This document shows, piece by piece, positions 24,098-33,791 of a stretch of 53,196 bases of DNA. The stretch's first letter is position 1. The number at the start of each line of letters is the position of its first letter. Made by a program: the position numbers and the translations under genes. Source of the stretch: a virus. Taxonomy: Duplodnaviria > Caudoviricetes. The notes under the pieces are model-generated. The model did no database searches, was not told the DNA's origin, and was given only the letters and a program-made list of their open reading frames with translations. Location of the stretch: IMG/VR virus record IMGVR_UViG_3300042558_001779, positions 1-53,196 of that record. One strand, given 5' to 3'.

Positions 24098-25402
24098 ATG
24101 CCTGACTGGAACGCCGTTTACGAGTATCTGCAGCCGAAAGAACCATCTTTTTGCCCAGAAACACCATCAATCACACAGAAAGTGTTTTTACGCACATATG
24201 CCCTAGAGGGTCTTTTTGGTGGTGCGGCTGGTGGTGGTAAGTCGTCTGCACTCCTGATGTCTGCTCTTCAGTATGTTGATGTGCCTGGGTATTCAGCAAT
24301 CCTGTTTCGTCGCACATATGCCGACTTGGCGCTTCCTGGCGCTCTTATGGATAGATTTAAGTCGTGGATGGCTAACTACGACGACATTCACTGGAATGCC
24401 AACTCCTATGTTGCAACCTTCCCGTCTGGGGCGAGAGTCTCGTTTGGGTATCTGAACAACACGAACGACTACTTGAGATATAAGGGTTCTGAATTCCAGT
24501 TTATCGGAATGGACGAAGTTACAGAAATTCGTGAATCTGACTATAGATACATGTTCTCCCGTCTTCGTCGCCCTGCCAGTGGTCCGTTGTCTCAGGTTCC
24601 TCTTCGCATGAGGTCTGCTTCAAACCCTGCCCCCAACTGGGTCCGTCAGCGTTTTATTGTTGAGGGGCACAATACGGGAAGAATCTTTGTTCCCAGCCTT
24701 TTGACGGATAACCCAGGAATTGACGCTGATTCTTATCGTCAGGCTCTTTCTGCTCTTGACCCTGTTGAGCGTCGCCGCTTGGAGCAGGGTGACTGGTGGT
24801 CTACGAGTCTCGGAACTTTGTTCAATCGTGAAGATTTTGTCATTATTGACCCTCTGGATGTGCCTCAGGTCACATCTGCTGCTCGCGCTGTGAGGTTTTG
24901 GGACTTGGCGGCTACCGAGCCGCACTCAGGAAACCCAGACCCTGACTGGACCGTTGGTACATTAATGCTTTTTGACCAAGGAATTGCATATGTTATGGAT
25001 GTCCGTAAGATGAGGGCACGAGGCGAAAAAGTTGAACAACTAATCGCACAGACTGCAGCCGAAGACGGGCACATGGTTTCCATCAGAATTGAACAAGAAC
25101 CAGGCTCCAGCGGTAAAGCATTGATTGACCAGTACGCCCGCTATGTAGTCCCAGGGTACGACCTTATCGGTTTGCGCTCCTCTGGAGACAAAGTAACCCG
25201 TGCTCGGCCATTTGCTGCTGCTGTGGCTAACGGCAATGTTCGCCTTGTGCGCGGCTCATGGCTTACGGACTGGCTGGATGAATTTGCTTCATTCCCAGAG
25301 GCTTGCAATCACGACGACCAAGTTGACTCGGCAGTTGGGGCTTTTACATACCTTGCTGGTTTGGGGTTGCCTCAAAGGAAGAGAGCGGCTATCATCATCT
25401 AG
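24098..25402 (+). CDS. terL: Terminase large subunit
   Basis: Walker A GGAAGGGKS, Walker B IGMDE, SASNP, nuclease RFWDLAAT and HDDQVDS; AGGAG before ATG 24098. Confidence 0.95.
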   Translation: MPDWNAVYEYLQPKEPSFCPETPSITQKVFLRTYALEGLFGGAAGGGKSSALLMSALQYVDVPGYSAILFRRTYADLALPGALMDRFKSWMANYDDIHWNANSYVATFPSGARVSFGYLNNTNDYLRYKGSEFQFIGMDEVTEIRESDYRYMFSRLRRPASGPLSQVPLRMRSASNPAPNWVRQRFIVEGHNTGRIFVPSLLTDNPGIDADSYRQALSALDPVERRRLEQGDWWSTSLGTLFNREDFVIIDPLDVPQVTSAARAVRFWDLAATEPHSGNPDPDWTVGTLMLFDQGIAYVMDVRKMRARGEKVEQLIAQTAAEDGHMVSIRIEQEPGSSGKALIDQYARYVVPGYDLIGLRSSGDKVTRARPFAAAVANGNVRLVRGSWLTDWLDEFASFPEACNHDDQVDSAVGAFTYLAGLGLPQRKRAAIII

Positions 25403-25435
25403 GTATTAACTATTAATTATCTAGGAAGGTATTTA

Positions 25436-25933
25436 ATGTCTATAAATGAAGTCATCTCAAACTTGACGAAAGTCATCATGGATACAGAGGACGCCCTAAA
25501 CGAGTTTGTAGGGTCTGGTGCAGAAATTGATGAAATTGCTGAATCACTAATTCAACTTCACCAAATTAAAAACGGTTTTGGTGATGTCTACTCGATGTAT
25601 GCAGCAAAAGTAATGGCTATACTTCAATCTGCAAATATTGAAGACATGGATGTTGCTGGTGCAAAAATTGAGGTCCGTTCTGCTGCTGACCGTAAGAAGT
25701 GGAACCATGAGCAACTTGCTCATGCTGTAAGTAGAAAACTCATTGATTTATCAGTTGACATGGACACTGGTGAAGTGGTATTGTCCCCAGAGGACATCGC
25801 AAACAAGATGCTCAATTTTGTTCAGCCTTCATACTGGCGTGTGAAAGAACTGGCAAAAGTAGGAATCAACGCAGATAACTTCTGTGAAGTTGGCGACTAC
25901 AAAACAAACATAATTATTAGAAAGGCTAAGTAA
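25436..25933 (+). CDS. Hypothetical protein of the recombination module
   Basis: 165 aa with RBS, immediately upstream of the Rad52-like gene. Confidence 0.75.
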   Translation: MSINEVISNLTKVIMDTEDALNEFVGSGAEIDEIAESLIQLHQIKNGFGDVYSMYAAKVMAILQSANIEDMDVAGAKIEVRSAADRKKWNHEQLAHAVSRKLIDLSVDMDTGEVVLSPEDIANKMLNFVQPSYWRVKELAKVGINADNFCEVGDYKTNIIIRKAK

Positions 25934-25935
25934 AC

Positions 25936-26715
25936 ATGGCTACTACAAAGAAGACAGAAACAGAAGAAACCACTGTTGTAAACAATCTTGTTCAGCAAGA
26001 AATTGACTGGCAAGCAGTGCGTGAAAAGGAACGAAAGGCTCAGCGTGAAAAAACCGCTCAGTCGCAGTCTCTTTTTAATGAGCAGTTTCCTCAAGAAGTT
26101 GAGCGTCAACTCAAAAAAGGTGGAACATCTCTCACCTACATCCCTGTAAGTGAAGTCATAACTCGTCTTAATAAAGTCCTTGGTTTTGACGGATGGGCAT
26201 ACGAAATTGTTCGTTGCGAGCGTGACGCTCTTGACCCAGATTTCATCGTGGCTCATGTCCGTCTCAGCATCTACCCTGAAGGAGACAAGTTTGTCTCTGT
26301 CGTGAAAGATGGCTTTGGTGGTCAGAAAATTAAGCGCACAAAGAATGGCGACATTGTTGACCTTGGAGACGAATTCAAGGGTGCTGTTTCTGACGCTTTG
26401 AAAAAGGCTGCTCAGACACTTGGCATTGGTCTTTACCTCGCTCGCACTGAGGAAGCAATTGAAGCAGTCGAATCTGTTCCACCAGCACCAGAACCAGTGA
26501 TTGACCCGCAGATTGCTGAACTGTGGGATAACTTTGTTGGTCTTTCAAAAACCCTTGATGCAAACGGCAAGGCTGAACTCAATACATTCTGGTCAACCCA
26601 TGCTCATGGTCAACCAAAACCAACTAAGCAGACAGCAACAAGCGAAGACCTTGAAGCACTGATTGGCGAATGCGTTCGTATTTCATTTCAAGGAACAGAA
26701 GTAACTGGTGAGTGA
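25936..26715 (+). CDS. Rad52/Rad22-family (Sak-like) single-strand annealing protein
   Basis: LTYI....VITRLNKVLGFDGW...KGAVSDALKKAAQTLGIGLYL. Confidence 0.88.
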   Translation: MATTKKTETEETTVVNNLVQQEIDWQAVREKERKAQREKTAQSQSLFNEQFPQEVERQLKKGGTSLTYIPVSEVITRLNKVLGFDGWAYEIVRCERDALDPDFIVAHVRLSIYPEGDKFVSVVKDGFGGQKIKRTKNGDIVDLGDEFKGAVSDALKKAAQTLGIGLYLARTEEAIEAVESVPPAPEPVIDPQIAELWDNFVGLSKTLDANGKAELNTFWSTHAHGQPKPTKQTATSEDLEALIGECVRISFQGTEVTGE

Positions 26716-27478
26716 GTTCATTTTAGAACCACCGCCGTATCTTTCCCCGTCTTCAATATCCACATTCCAGCAATGTCCGCTGAAATACAAGTATTCACGA
26801 ATTGATGGTCTTCAAGACCCTCCAACAGAGGCAACTTTACGAGGAAACTTCGTTCACTCTGTCCTTGAAGAAATGTACTGCTTCCCAGCAGATACAAGAA
26901 CTCTTTCTACTGCAAAACAATTAGCAAAAGATTTATGGGAAAGTGAATACATGGAGCGTGTTGCTCCTTATGTTCGTGGAGAAGAAGCAATGAGACTCTT
27001 TAGATGGAGTTCATGGTGGTGCATTGAGAATCTGTTCTCGATGGAAGACCCAACATCTCTTCATTTTGACGGTATTGAAACAGAACTTAATGACACCATT
27101 GACGGTGTAGCAATTAAAGGGTTTATCGACCGATGGAGAAAAACTGACGATGGAATCATTGTTGGTGACTATAAAACTGGGAAGACACCATCTCCCCGTT
27201 TCCGTGACGATAAATACTTTCAATTACTTCTTTACGCTTATGTTTTAGAAAAACAGTTAAATCAAACCGTAAAAGAAATTGAGTTGCTTTTCATCAAAGA
27301 CTCAGTTCGTCTATCAAAAGAAGTAACAGACGAGGACAGAGAGAATGTCCGAACAACCGTTGTTCAGGTACGCAAAGACATCGACGAACGATGTGTATCT
27401 GGAGAATTTGAACCAATCAAACATAGGCTGTGCGATTGGTGTAACTACAAATCAATATGCCCAATATGGAGTAAATAA
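26708..27478 (+). CDS. PD-(D/E)XK RecB/Cas4-like exonuclease with a putative Fe-S cluster
   Basis: LSPSSI..F.QCP, GNFVH, KGFIDR, GDYKTG, QLLLY, CDWCNYKSIC. Confidence 0.9.
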   Translation: MSEFILEPPPYLSPSSISTFQQCPLKYKYSRIDGLQDPPTEATLRGNFVHSVLEEMYCFPADTRTLSTAKQLAKDLWESEYMERVAPYVRGEEAMRLFRWSSWWCIENLFSMEDPTSLHFDGIETELNDTIDGVAIKGFIDRWRKTDDGIIVGDYKTGKTPSPRFRDDKYFQLLLYAYVLEKQLNQTVKEIELLFIKDSVRLSKEVTDEDRENVRTTVVQVRKDIDERCVSGEFEPIKHRLCDWCNYKSICPIWSK

Positions 27479-27479
27479 C

Positions 27480-27998
27480 ATGAACGATGATGCATTTGCG
27501 CGGTTAGTCGCAGAAGAAATTAAAAACCAAGTAACTATTGAACAACGAGATTATTTAAATCTTCCAGAGAACTGGGCACGATGGAAAAGGGCTGTAGAAG
27601 GTCTTGCCGACAACCTCGATTCTCAATTAGAGACAATCCAGCAGACAGAAGACCGCGAGGTCGAAAAGTACCGTGCCCTCGGTGAAGACGGAACGAAACT
27701 TCTTGCTGAAGTAACGGCAGAGTTTTCAAACCGTCGAAAGAAGATTGAGCGTTTTCGCTTTCATGTGATTACACGACTTGATGAAATCTCTCGCACTATT
27801 GCTATGGGTACAGAGGTTGTTGAGGAACGGATGAAAACAGTTGAGTTCCTCCGCAAAGCAATTGAACGACATCAGGAATTAATGCGTGAATATGAACTTG
27901 AACCAACTCAGATTGATATTGCCCTTTGGGATACCCTCAATGGTCGGTGGATATTTGAGGAAATTACAGAAGAAGATATTCTCAATCTTGATAACTAA
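27480..27998 (+). CDS. Hypothetical helical protein
   Basis: Likely start MNDDAFARLV just after the nuclease stop. Confidence 0.75.
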   Translation: MNDDAFARLVAEEIKNQVTIEQRDYLNLPENWARWKRAVEGLADNLDSQLETIQQTEDREVEKYRALGEDGTKLLAEVTAEFSNRRKKIERFRFHVITRLDEISRTIAMGTEVVEERMKTVEFLRKAIERHQELMREYELEPTQIDIALWDTLNGRWIFEEITEEDILNLDN

Positions 27999-28007
27999 GG
28001 AAACAAA

Positions 28008-29171
28008 ATGACACGCCAAAGAATGTTTCTAGACATATCATGCGTCGATGCTGCTCGGGAAAGAATCCGCCATGTCTATGATACTTTTGATACTGTTTGC
28101 GTTCAGTTTTCTGGAGGAAAAGACAGCACAGCGGTTCTTTACTTGGCTAAAGAAATTCATGAAGAACGAGGACTCGGACCAGTAAAAGTAATCTTCCGCG
28201 ATGAAGAAATGGTCAGTCCGTTCATTTATGAATTTATTAACAAGGTCAGAAACTATGACTGGGTTGATATGGAGTGGTATTGCCTTCCAGTTGGTCAAGA
28301 GGTATGGGTTTTGGGGCGTCGTGAATATGCGCTTCTGTGGTCCCCTGAACGCGCAAAGCGTGGTCGTCTAGTTAGAGAAATGCCACCTTGGGCTATTCGT
28401 GCAGAGCATTTTGGGATTGACCCAACACGGCCAATTCCAGAAACTATCGACTTTTATACCATGCAAGGGAAACAAGGAAGAACTGCATTTATTACGGGTG
28501 TTCGTGCCAACGAATCGATGATTCGTTATCGCTCGTGCGTTCAAAAACTCCACGAAAACTACATCAATATTCCTTACAAGATGAAGAAATCTGTCCCTTT
28601 GAGATTTGCAAAAATTATTTATGACTGGACAACAGATGATGTTTTGAAGTTCATCAATGAAGAACACAATGCTGAGTGGTGCGAATATTACGACATTGCT
28701 GCAATCACTGGAAGTAACACTCGCGTTGGAATCCCCCTCCACGCTATTGCTGCAAGACGAATTGGTGATGTTGTAGCCACAGAGCCTGGTTTCTTTGACG
28801 AGTTGTACCGTTGCTATCCGCATATTGATGCTCAACGGCGCTGGTGGTCTTCATTTGACATAGAAAGCCTTGTTGCTGATTATGTATCTAAAGGCTGGGG
28901 CGGGGTTAAGGACTGCATTGAGGACAACATGCTGACCCCTGGCTACCAGGCTGCCGCATACAAGTTTGCTGGCGAGTTCAGAAAAAAGCAAGCAACAGAC
29001 CCATACGGTTACCCGCTTGACTCCCTTATTAGAACGCTCCTTCTGAATGAATTCCAAGTAACTAGCCCGAACCCTGTAGGACCGAAAACTCGTGCCCACA
29101 CAATGAGAATGGCTGCGGCTCAACAAGAAGCAGACCTTAACGACCTTGATAGATTGGATGACAATATATGA
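28008..29171 (+). CDS. PAPS-reductase-like PP-loop protein (IbrA/YbdN, DUF3440-like)
   Basis: VQFSGGKDS, FRDEE, EWYCLP, TGVRANES, IYDWTTDDV. Confidence 0.88.
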   Translation: MTRQRMFLDISCVDAARERIRHVYDTFDTVCVQFSGGKDSTAVLYLAKEIHEERGLGPVKVIFRDEEMVSPFIYEFINKVRNYDWVDMEWYCLPVGQEVWVLGRREYALLWSPERAKRGRLVREMPPWAIRAEHFGIDPTRPIPETIDFYTMQGKQGRTAFITGVRANESMIRYRSCVQKLHENYINIPYKMKKSVPLRFAKIIYDWTTDDVLKFINEEHNAEWCEYYDIAAITGSNTRVGIPLHAIAARRIGDVVATEPGFFDELYRCYPHIDAQRRWWSSFDIESLVADYVSKGWGGVKDCIEDNMLTPGYQAAAYKFAGEFRKKQATDPYGYPLDSLIRTLLLNEFQVTSPNPVGPKTRAHTMRMAAAQQEADLNDLDRLDDNI

Positions 29172-29713
29172 AAATTGATTACAGACCTTTTGATTCTGTT
29201 AAACCAGCAGAGTGGCGAACTAATTATGTTTTAAAGCCAGACATGGATTTGCTTAGGATTTCGATGAGCGATTTTGGTTGGCTTCAGCCAATTATTGTCC
29301 GTGTTGAAGACCAGAAAATCATTGATGGTACGCATCGGTGGGTTATTGCTGGTGAGAAAGATTTTCAGCGTAAGCATGGGAAAGATATTCCTGTTGTGTT
29401 TGTTGACTGCGATGAAATTGATGCAATGGTTATGCATGTGAGGATGAACCGTGCCCGAGGGGATATTTTTGCTAAGCCATTTTCTAAATTGCTTAAAAAT
29501 ATTGTTCTTTCTGACAAGTATTTACCAGAAGAATTAGAAAGCCTGCTTGTCATGTCTCCCGATGAGGTTGACTTGATGCTGGCTGGAGGTCTTTTAAAGA
29601 AACGCAATATTCCCAATCATCAGTATTCTCGTGCATGGGTTCCAGTAGAGGCACCATCGGCAGATGCAGTGCAACAAGCATCTATCGAAAGACCCCCAAA
29701 TCCAGATAGATGA
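29168..29713 (+). CDS. ParB/Srx-like domain protein (IbrB/YbdM-like)
   Basis: FGWLQPIIV...IIDGTHRW...RMNRARG; ATGA overlap with the PAPS-reductase gene. Confidence 0.87.
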   Translation: MKIDYRPFDSVKPAEWRTNYVLKPDMDLLRISMSDFGWLQPIIVRVEDQKIIDGTHRWVIAGEKDFQRKHGKDIPVVFVDCDEIDAMVMHVRMNRARGDIFAKPFSKLLKNIVLSDKYLPEELESLLVMSPDEVDLMLAGGLLKKRNIPNHQYSRAWVPVEAPSADAVQQASIERPPNPDR

Positions 29714-29729
29714 CAAGCGTTTAGGCTTG

Positions 29730-29742
29730 ATGTGGTAAAGTT
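29730..29742 (+). promoter_or_regulatory. Extended -10 promoter (TGTG-G-TAAAGT) of the neck/tail operon
   Basis: TRTGnTAnnnT in the intergenic gap, GGAGG RBS downstream; identical 13-mer at 35027-35039. Confidence 0.5.
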
Positions 29743-29772
29743 TCAATAGTCTTATCTAGCGGAGGACTAAAG

Positions 29773-30168
29773 ATGCCACCAACAAACTTAACAGAAGACA
29801 TCGAATTTCTAACAGATGTTGACACCCAGGGCGATGTTGTCCGCCGAGGCAGATTTATTCAGCGTCCTCGCCGTGTAAATGGTCGCACAGTTCCTGGTAA
29901 TGCTCGTTATTACCGTCGCCGTCAGAATGAACTTCTTTCTGCCCGTCGTGCCGCTCAGCGTGGCGGTGGTGCTGGTAGAGCAGCAAGCACGGCAGGTGGC
30001 GCTGCTTCAGCCCCAGCGCGTGCTCCGCGCCGTCCTGCTGCCCCTGCTTCGGGTCAGCGCCGTAGTGGCGGTGGTATCTTTTCTCGTGTCCGTCGCGCAG
30101 TCCGCAATGCAGCCCGCAATGTCGAGTCTCGTCAGCGTGACCGTAGGAACAACCGCAACCGTCGATAA
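29773..30168 (+). CDS. Very Arg-rich basic protein
   Basis: 131 aa, GGAGG RBS; R/A/G/N-dominated after a short acidic N-terminus. Confidence 0.8.
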   Translation: MPPTNLTEDIEFLTDVDTQGDVVRRGRFIQRPRRVNGRTVPGNARYYRRRQNELLSARRAAQRGGGAGRAASTAGGAASAPARAPRRPAAPASGQRRSGGGIFSRVRRAVRNAARNVESRQRDRRNNRNRR

Positions 30169-30184
30169 TTGGAGGTGATTAGCG

Positions 30185-30811
30185 ATGCTAGTTACAGTCG
30201 CTGACCTCACAAAGTACATGGACATCAGGTTCTCTAACCGTCAGGAAGAGGCTGCTGAGTTTGTTCTTGAAGGTCTTCAAAGTGAACTTGAGGGTTATCT
30301 TCGTCGCCCAGTAGAACCTACTGAGTTTACAGAAACCTATATTATGGATTCCAACTTTGTTGGTGTTCCTACTTCTGCTTTCTTTTACAACGAAAGTCTC
30401 GATACAACTCTTAACACGAGCACATACTTGATGCCCCCAAATACAATTTATTTGCGGAATTCACCTGTTGTTGAAGTTACTTCAGTAACAATTCGTCAAC
30501 AAACCGAAACAACTGGCGTTGAACAGACTGAAGGAAATGACTATACGGTTCGCCGTTATGGTATCGACCTATATCGTGCTTATGCAAACGATGAAGTCAC
30601 CATCGAATATACCGCAGGGCTCAACGGCAACGAAATTAAAGTTTTTAAACTGCTAATCCTTCGTGCCGCGACAAGGGAGATGCAAAATATGCATGATGAT
30701 GTTGTCGGCATCAAAGACCTTGAAACACGCAATGTTGCTCCATTGGAAACTGGATTCACCGAAAGAGAACTTCTATCTGTAAAGAGATGGAAGCGCGTTA
30801 GGATTGCTTAA
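30185..30811 (+). CDS. Head-tail adaptor/connector protein
   Basis: LVTVADL..Y, YLRR, SPVVEVTSV, VTIEYTAG; position. Confidence 0.8.
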   Translation: MLVTVADLTKYMDIRFSNRQEEAAEFVLEGLQSELEGYLRRPVEPTEFTETYIMDSNFVGVPTSAFFYNESLDTTLNTSTYLMPPNTIYLRNSPVVEVTSVTIRQQTETTGVEQTEGNDYTVRRYGIDLYRAYANDEVTIEYTAGLNGNEIKVFKLLILRAATREMQNMHDDVVGIKDLETRNVAPLETGFTERELLSVKRWKRVRIA

Positions 30812-31290
30812 TGTATCGCATTAAAATAAAATGCGACAACCGCCGTGCGATGCTTCGCCTCAAAGCGATGGAAGAAGCAGCACAAGACTTTCGCCCAGTA
30901 TTTGAATGGGCAAGACGCGAACTGGCTAAATCCTACAGGGACAACTTCACTGCATCTGGGCTCCCAGTTGGTGGATGGTCTCCCCTGAAGCCGCAGTATT
31001 CATCGTGGAAAGCACGAAACTTCCCAGGAGCACCAATCATGCAGCAAACAGGAAAACTCTTTAGAGACCTGTCATCCCTGCGTGGAGCAAATACCGAAAT
31101 CCGCAAAACAAAAGCAACATTCTCAACAACAGGGATTGAATACGCTAGTTTTCACCAATACGGCACAAGCCGCATGGCAAAGCGCATGGTCATCTTTGAA
31201 CCACCACTATTTGCTCAAAAATTAGCATTTGAAGCCGAAGAGCACATTACAGATGCTGCAAATGGCGTAATCAGAAGAGGTTTACCATGA
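30811..31290 (+). CDS. Virion morphogenesis protein (Mu gpG-like neck/tail completion)
   Basis: WSPLKP.Y...TGKL...YASFHQYGT..MAKR. Confidence 0.85.
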   Translation: MYRIKIKCDNRRAMLRLKAMEEAAQDFRPVFEWARRELAKSYRDNFTASGLPVGGWSPLKPQYSSWKARNFPGAPIMQQTGKLFRDLSSLRGANTEIRKTKATFSTTGIEYASFHQYGTSRMAKRMVIFEPPLFAQKLAFEAEEHITDAANGVIRRGLP

Positions 31291-31871
31291 CAGACATCCT
31301 GATGCAGGGTCCGCAATTTGCAAAAGAATATGTGACAGACTTTTTGCAGCACGACATGCCAACAAGGCTTACCCGCTACCGCAACGGGTGGAATGTAGAC
31401 GACTACACCCTTCCAGACCCAGAGTTATATCTTACTTATGAACCGATTGCTTTAGACCACTGGCCGACAATCATTACGGTTGCCGTCTCAACCAGTTCAT
31501 TTGAGCGCCAAGGCTATCTCAGCGGAACTAACCCTATTTATCGAGTTACATACTCAATGAGAACATATGTGTGGGTCAAGACAGAAGGCTCTGAACAAGT
31601 TACAACTATGCGAGATAGGCTAACGACCGTTGCTCGTTCGGCTCTTCTTGATTATCCAAGTCTTGCGAAGTGTGATTCAACAGAGATGATTAATCCGATG
31701 ATTGATGAGTCAAGCCTTCGTGAAGAGTATTCAGATTTGACTCTAATTAAGGGTGACCGTGTATTGGCGGGGGCTTATTTGGGGTATGATTTAACATTGA
31801 ACGAAGTTGTTTATCGTCAGCCGATGTCTGGACTAGCAAGTACGGACCTTTCTGTTTCTAACTTGCGCTAG
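31287..31871 (+). CDS. Putative tail terminator/completion protein
   Basis: Position between neck and sheath genes; 194 aa. Confidence 0.6.
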   Translation: MTDILMQGPQFAKEYVTDFLQHDMPTRLTRYRNGWNVDDYTLPDPELYLTYEPIALDHWPTIITVAVSTSSFERQGYLSGTNPIYRVTYSMRTYVWVKTEGSEQVTTMRDRLTTVARSALLDYPSLAKCDSTEMINPMIDESSLREEYSDLTLIKGDRVLAGAYLGYDLTLNEVVYRQPMSGLASTDLSVSNLR

Positions 31872-31879
31872 GAGTTATT

Positions 31880-32227
31880 ATGAGCAAAAATTTAGTTACT
31901 GCATGGAATGCTTCCCCTTCTGTTTTGAAAGTTGGCGAAGACAGGATTATTCTGAAGCCTGCCGAAACAATTGTCATTGAATTGGGAGAAGAAGTTAGGG
32001 AATTGGTTTACAGCGGAAAGTTGATTCTTATCCCAGCGGACGCAGAAAACAACTTTCCTTCGGTAAATATTGAGCCTCAAACTCGAAAAAAGAACAAAAA
32101 AGACATTGTTCAAGAAGACTTTACAGAAACTCAAGAAATTGAAGTTCTGGAAGAAGACAACAATCAATCATCGATTGAAGAGACAGAAGTTTCAGAAGAT
32201 TCAATACTTCCTGAAGAATCTGTTTGA
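31880..32227 (+). CDS. Hypothetical protein with acidic C-terminus, upstream of the sheath gene
   Basis: 115 aa, AGGAG RBS. Confidence 0.65.
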   Translation: MSKNLVTAWNASPSVLKVGEDRIILKPAETIVIELGEEVRELVYSGKLILIPADAENNFPSVNIEPQTRKKNKKDIVQEDFTETQEIEVLEEDNNQSSIEETEVSEDSILPEESV

Positions 32228-32294
32228 TTTCGGTATACTCACATATAGCGATTAGTAGTTACTGGTCGCATAGCAACACTACGGAGGGTCGCGA

Positions 32295-33779
32295 ATGCCT
32301 GGAGTAAGTATTTCAACAGCAGTCCGCACAGGTCCTGTCAACGCAGGACTTGCTCCTGCGTCAACTTTTTTCATTGTTGGCGAGACGGAGCGCGGTACTG
32401 ATTCTGTTGCTGTCGCAGTAGCAAGCCTTAGTGATTACGAGGCTTTTTTTGGCGGATACCAAGCAAACAAGTACACATATCAGCAGATTCGCACTTTCTT
32501 TGAAGAAGGTGGCTCACTTGCTTATGTTGCTCGTGTCTCGGCTGGTGTTGCGGCAAAAGCAGTGATTCAGGCAAACCCGTCCAACGCTCCTGGAATTACG
32601 CTGACCGCTGTTGGTCTTGGCGCATGGGGAAACAGTCTTCAGGTTCGCGTTGTCAACAACGAAGATGCAAACTTTGATGTTGCTATCTATTACGGTGGAA
32701 GCACTGAAGGTTTTCTTGTTGAAGAGTTAAATGGCCTGTTGACTCTTGATGCCGCTGTTGAAGCAATTAACAACAGCGTAGCGTTGAGCAGATACTGCAC
32801 AGCAGCATTGACTGCTCTTGCTGATGGTACAGCGAAACTGGAAGACCACGCAGTTGCAGCATTCACACTTGGAGAAGATACCACTCTTTCAGAATCAAAC
32901 TTCATTGCGGCGCTTAGCAAGTTTACTGAAGAACTTGGCGCAGGCTCTGTGGCTATCCCTGGTATCGCAGACGGAACCACCGACGCCACTCTCTACAATG
33001 CAATTAGAGCGCATTGTGTAGCAAACCGTCGCATTGGCCTTCTTTCCTTTCCAAATGGTTTGAATCCTGAAACAGCAGCAACCGCATCTGTTTCTTATGG
33101 CGCTGGCGACAACGCTAATCACGAATATCTTGCGATGTACTACCCTTGGGTGACAATTCCTTCTGGCTCTGGAACAACATTGACAATTCCGCCCGAAGCA
33201 TATGTTGCAGCAGCCCGTTCAAAAGCACATAACCGTGTTGGTTCTTGGCAGCCATTTGCTGGCGTTAACTCAGAATCAAAATTCGTCACTGGTGTTGCGA
33301 CAGGTATGAGCCGCACTCAAGCGCAATCACTTGATGACAGTCGCGTTAATGCAATCCGCATTATTGGCGGAACTGTTCGCATCTACGGCGCTCGTTCTCA
33401 CTCTCTGAACACTACGCAGTGGCGTTTTATTACACACCGAGACACAATGAACTACATCATTGAAGAGTGCGAATCCGCTCTTGAACCTCTTGTATTCTCT
33501 GTCATCAATGGTCGTAGGACTGTCTACGCTGACATCGCTACTACTTTGAAGGGTGTTTTGGAGCCAATCCGTATGGCTGGTGGATTATTTGAAGGTTTCG
33601 ACCTTTATGGTCGTCAGGTTGATTATGGATATACAGTTAGAGTTGATGATGGCATTAACCCTATTGCTCAACTTGAATCTGGTCTTGTTAAAGCGCAAAT
33701 TGGAGTTCGTATCTCCAGTATTGGCGACAAGATTGAAGTAACAGTTACCAAGTCAAACTTGACAGCAACTCTCGTTTAA
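32295..33779 (+). CDS. Contractile tail sheath protein
   Basis: MPGV start, GETERG, FFEEGG...YVARV, GAWGN, YYPWV, VNAIR...RIYGARS, LVFS.ING. Confidence 0.93.
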   Translation: MPGVSISTAVRTGPVNAGLAPASTFFIVGETERGTDSVAVAVASLSDYEAFFGGYQANKYTYQQIRTFFEEGGSLAYVARVSAGVAAKAVIQANPSNAPGITLTAVGLGAWGNSLQVRVVNNEDANFDVAIYYGGSTEGFLVEELNGLLTLDAAVEAINNSVALSRYCTAALTALADGTAKLEDHAVAAFTLGEDTTLSESNFIAALSKFTEELGAGSVAIPGIADGTTDATLYNAIRAHCVANRRIGLLSFPNGLNPETAATASVSYGAGDNANHEYLAMYYPWVTIPSGSGTTLTIPPEAYVAAARSKAHNRVGSWQPFAGVNSESKFVTGVATGMSRTQAQSLDDSRVNAIRIIGGTVRIYGARSHSLNTTQWRFITHRDTMNYIIEECESALEPLVFSVINGRRTVYADIATTLKGVLEPIRMAGGLFEGFDLYGRQVDYGYTVRVDDGINPIAQLESGLVKAQIGVRISSIGDKIEVTVTKSNLTATLV

Positions 33780-33791
33780 CGGAGGAAAAAA

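Noticed and set aside
517-25402. Inteins, introns or homing endonucleases in nrdJ, terL, portal or capsid genes
   Set aside because: Core domains are of normal length with continuous motifs; no intein termini, LAGLIDADG or HNH signatures noticed.
26708-27478. Cas4-like nuclease as evidence of a CRISPR-Cas system
   Set aside because: No cas1/cas2, effector genes or repeat-spacer array seen. Its position next to a Rad52-like annealase fits a phage recombination exonuclease.
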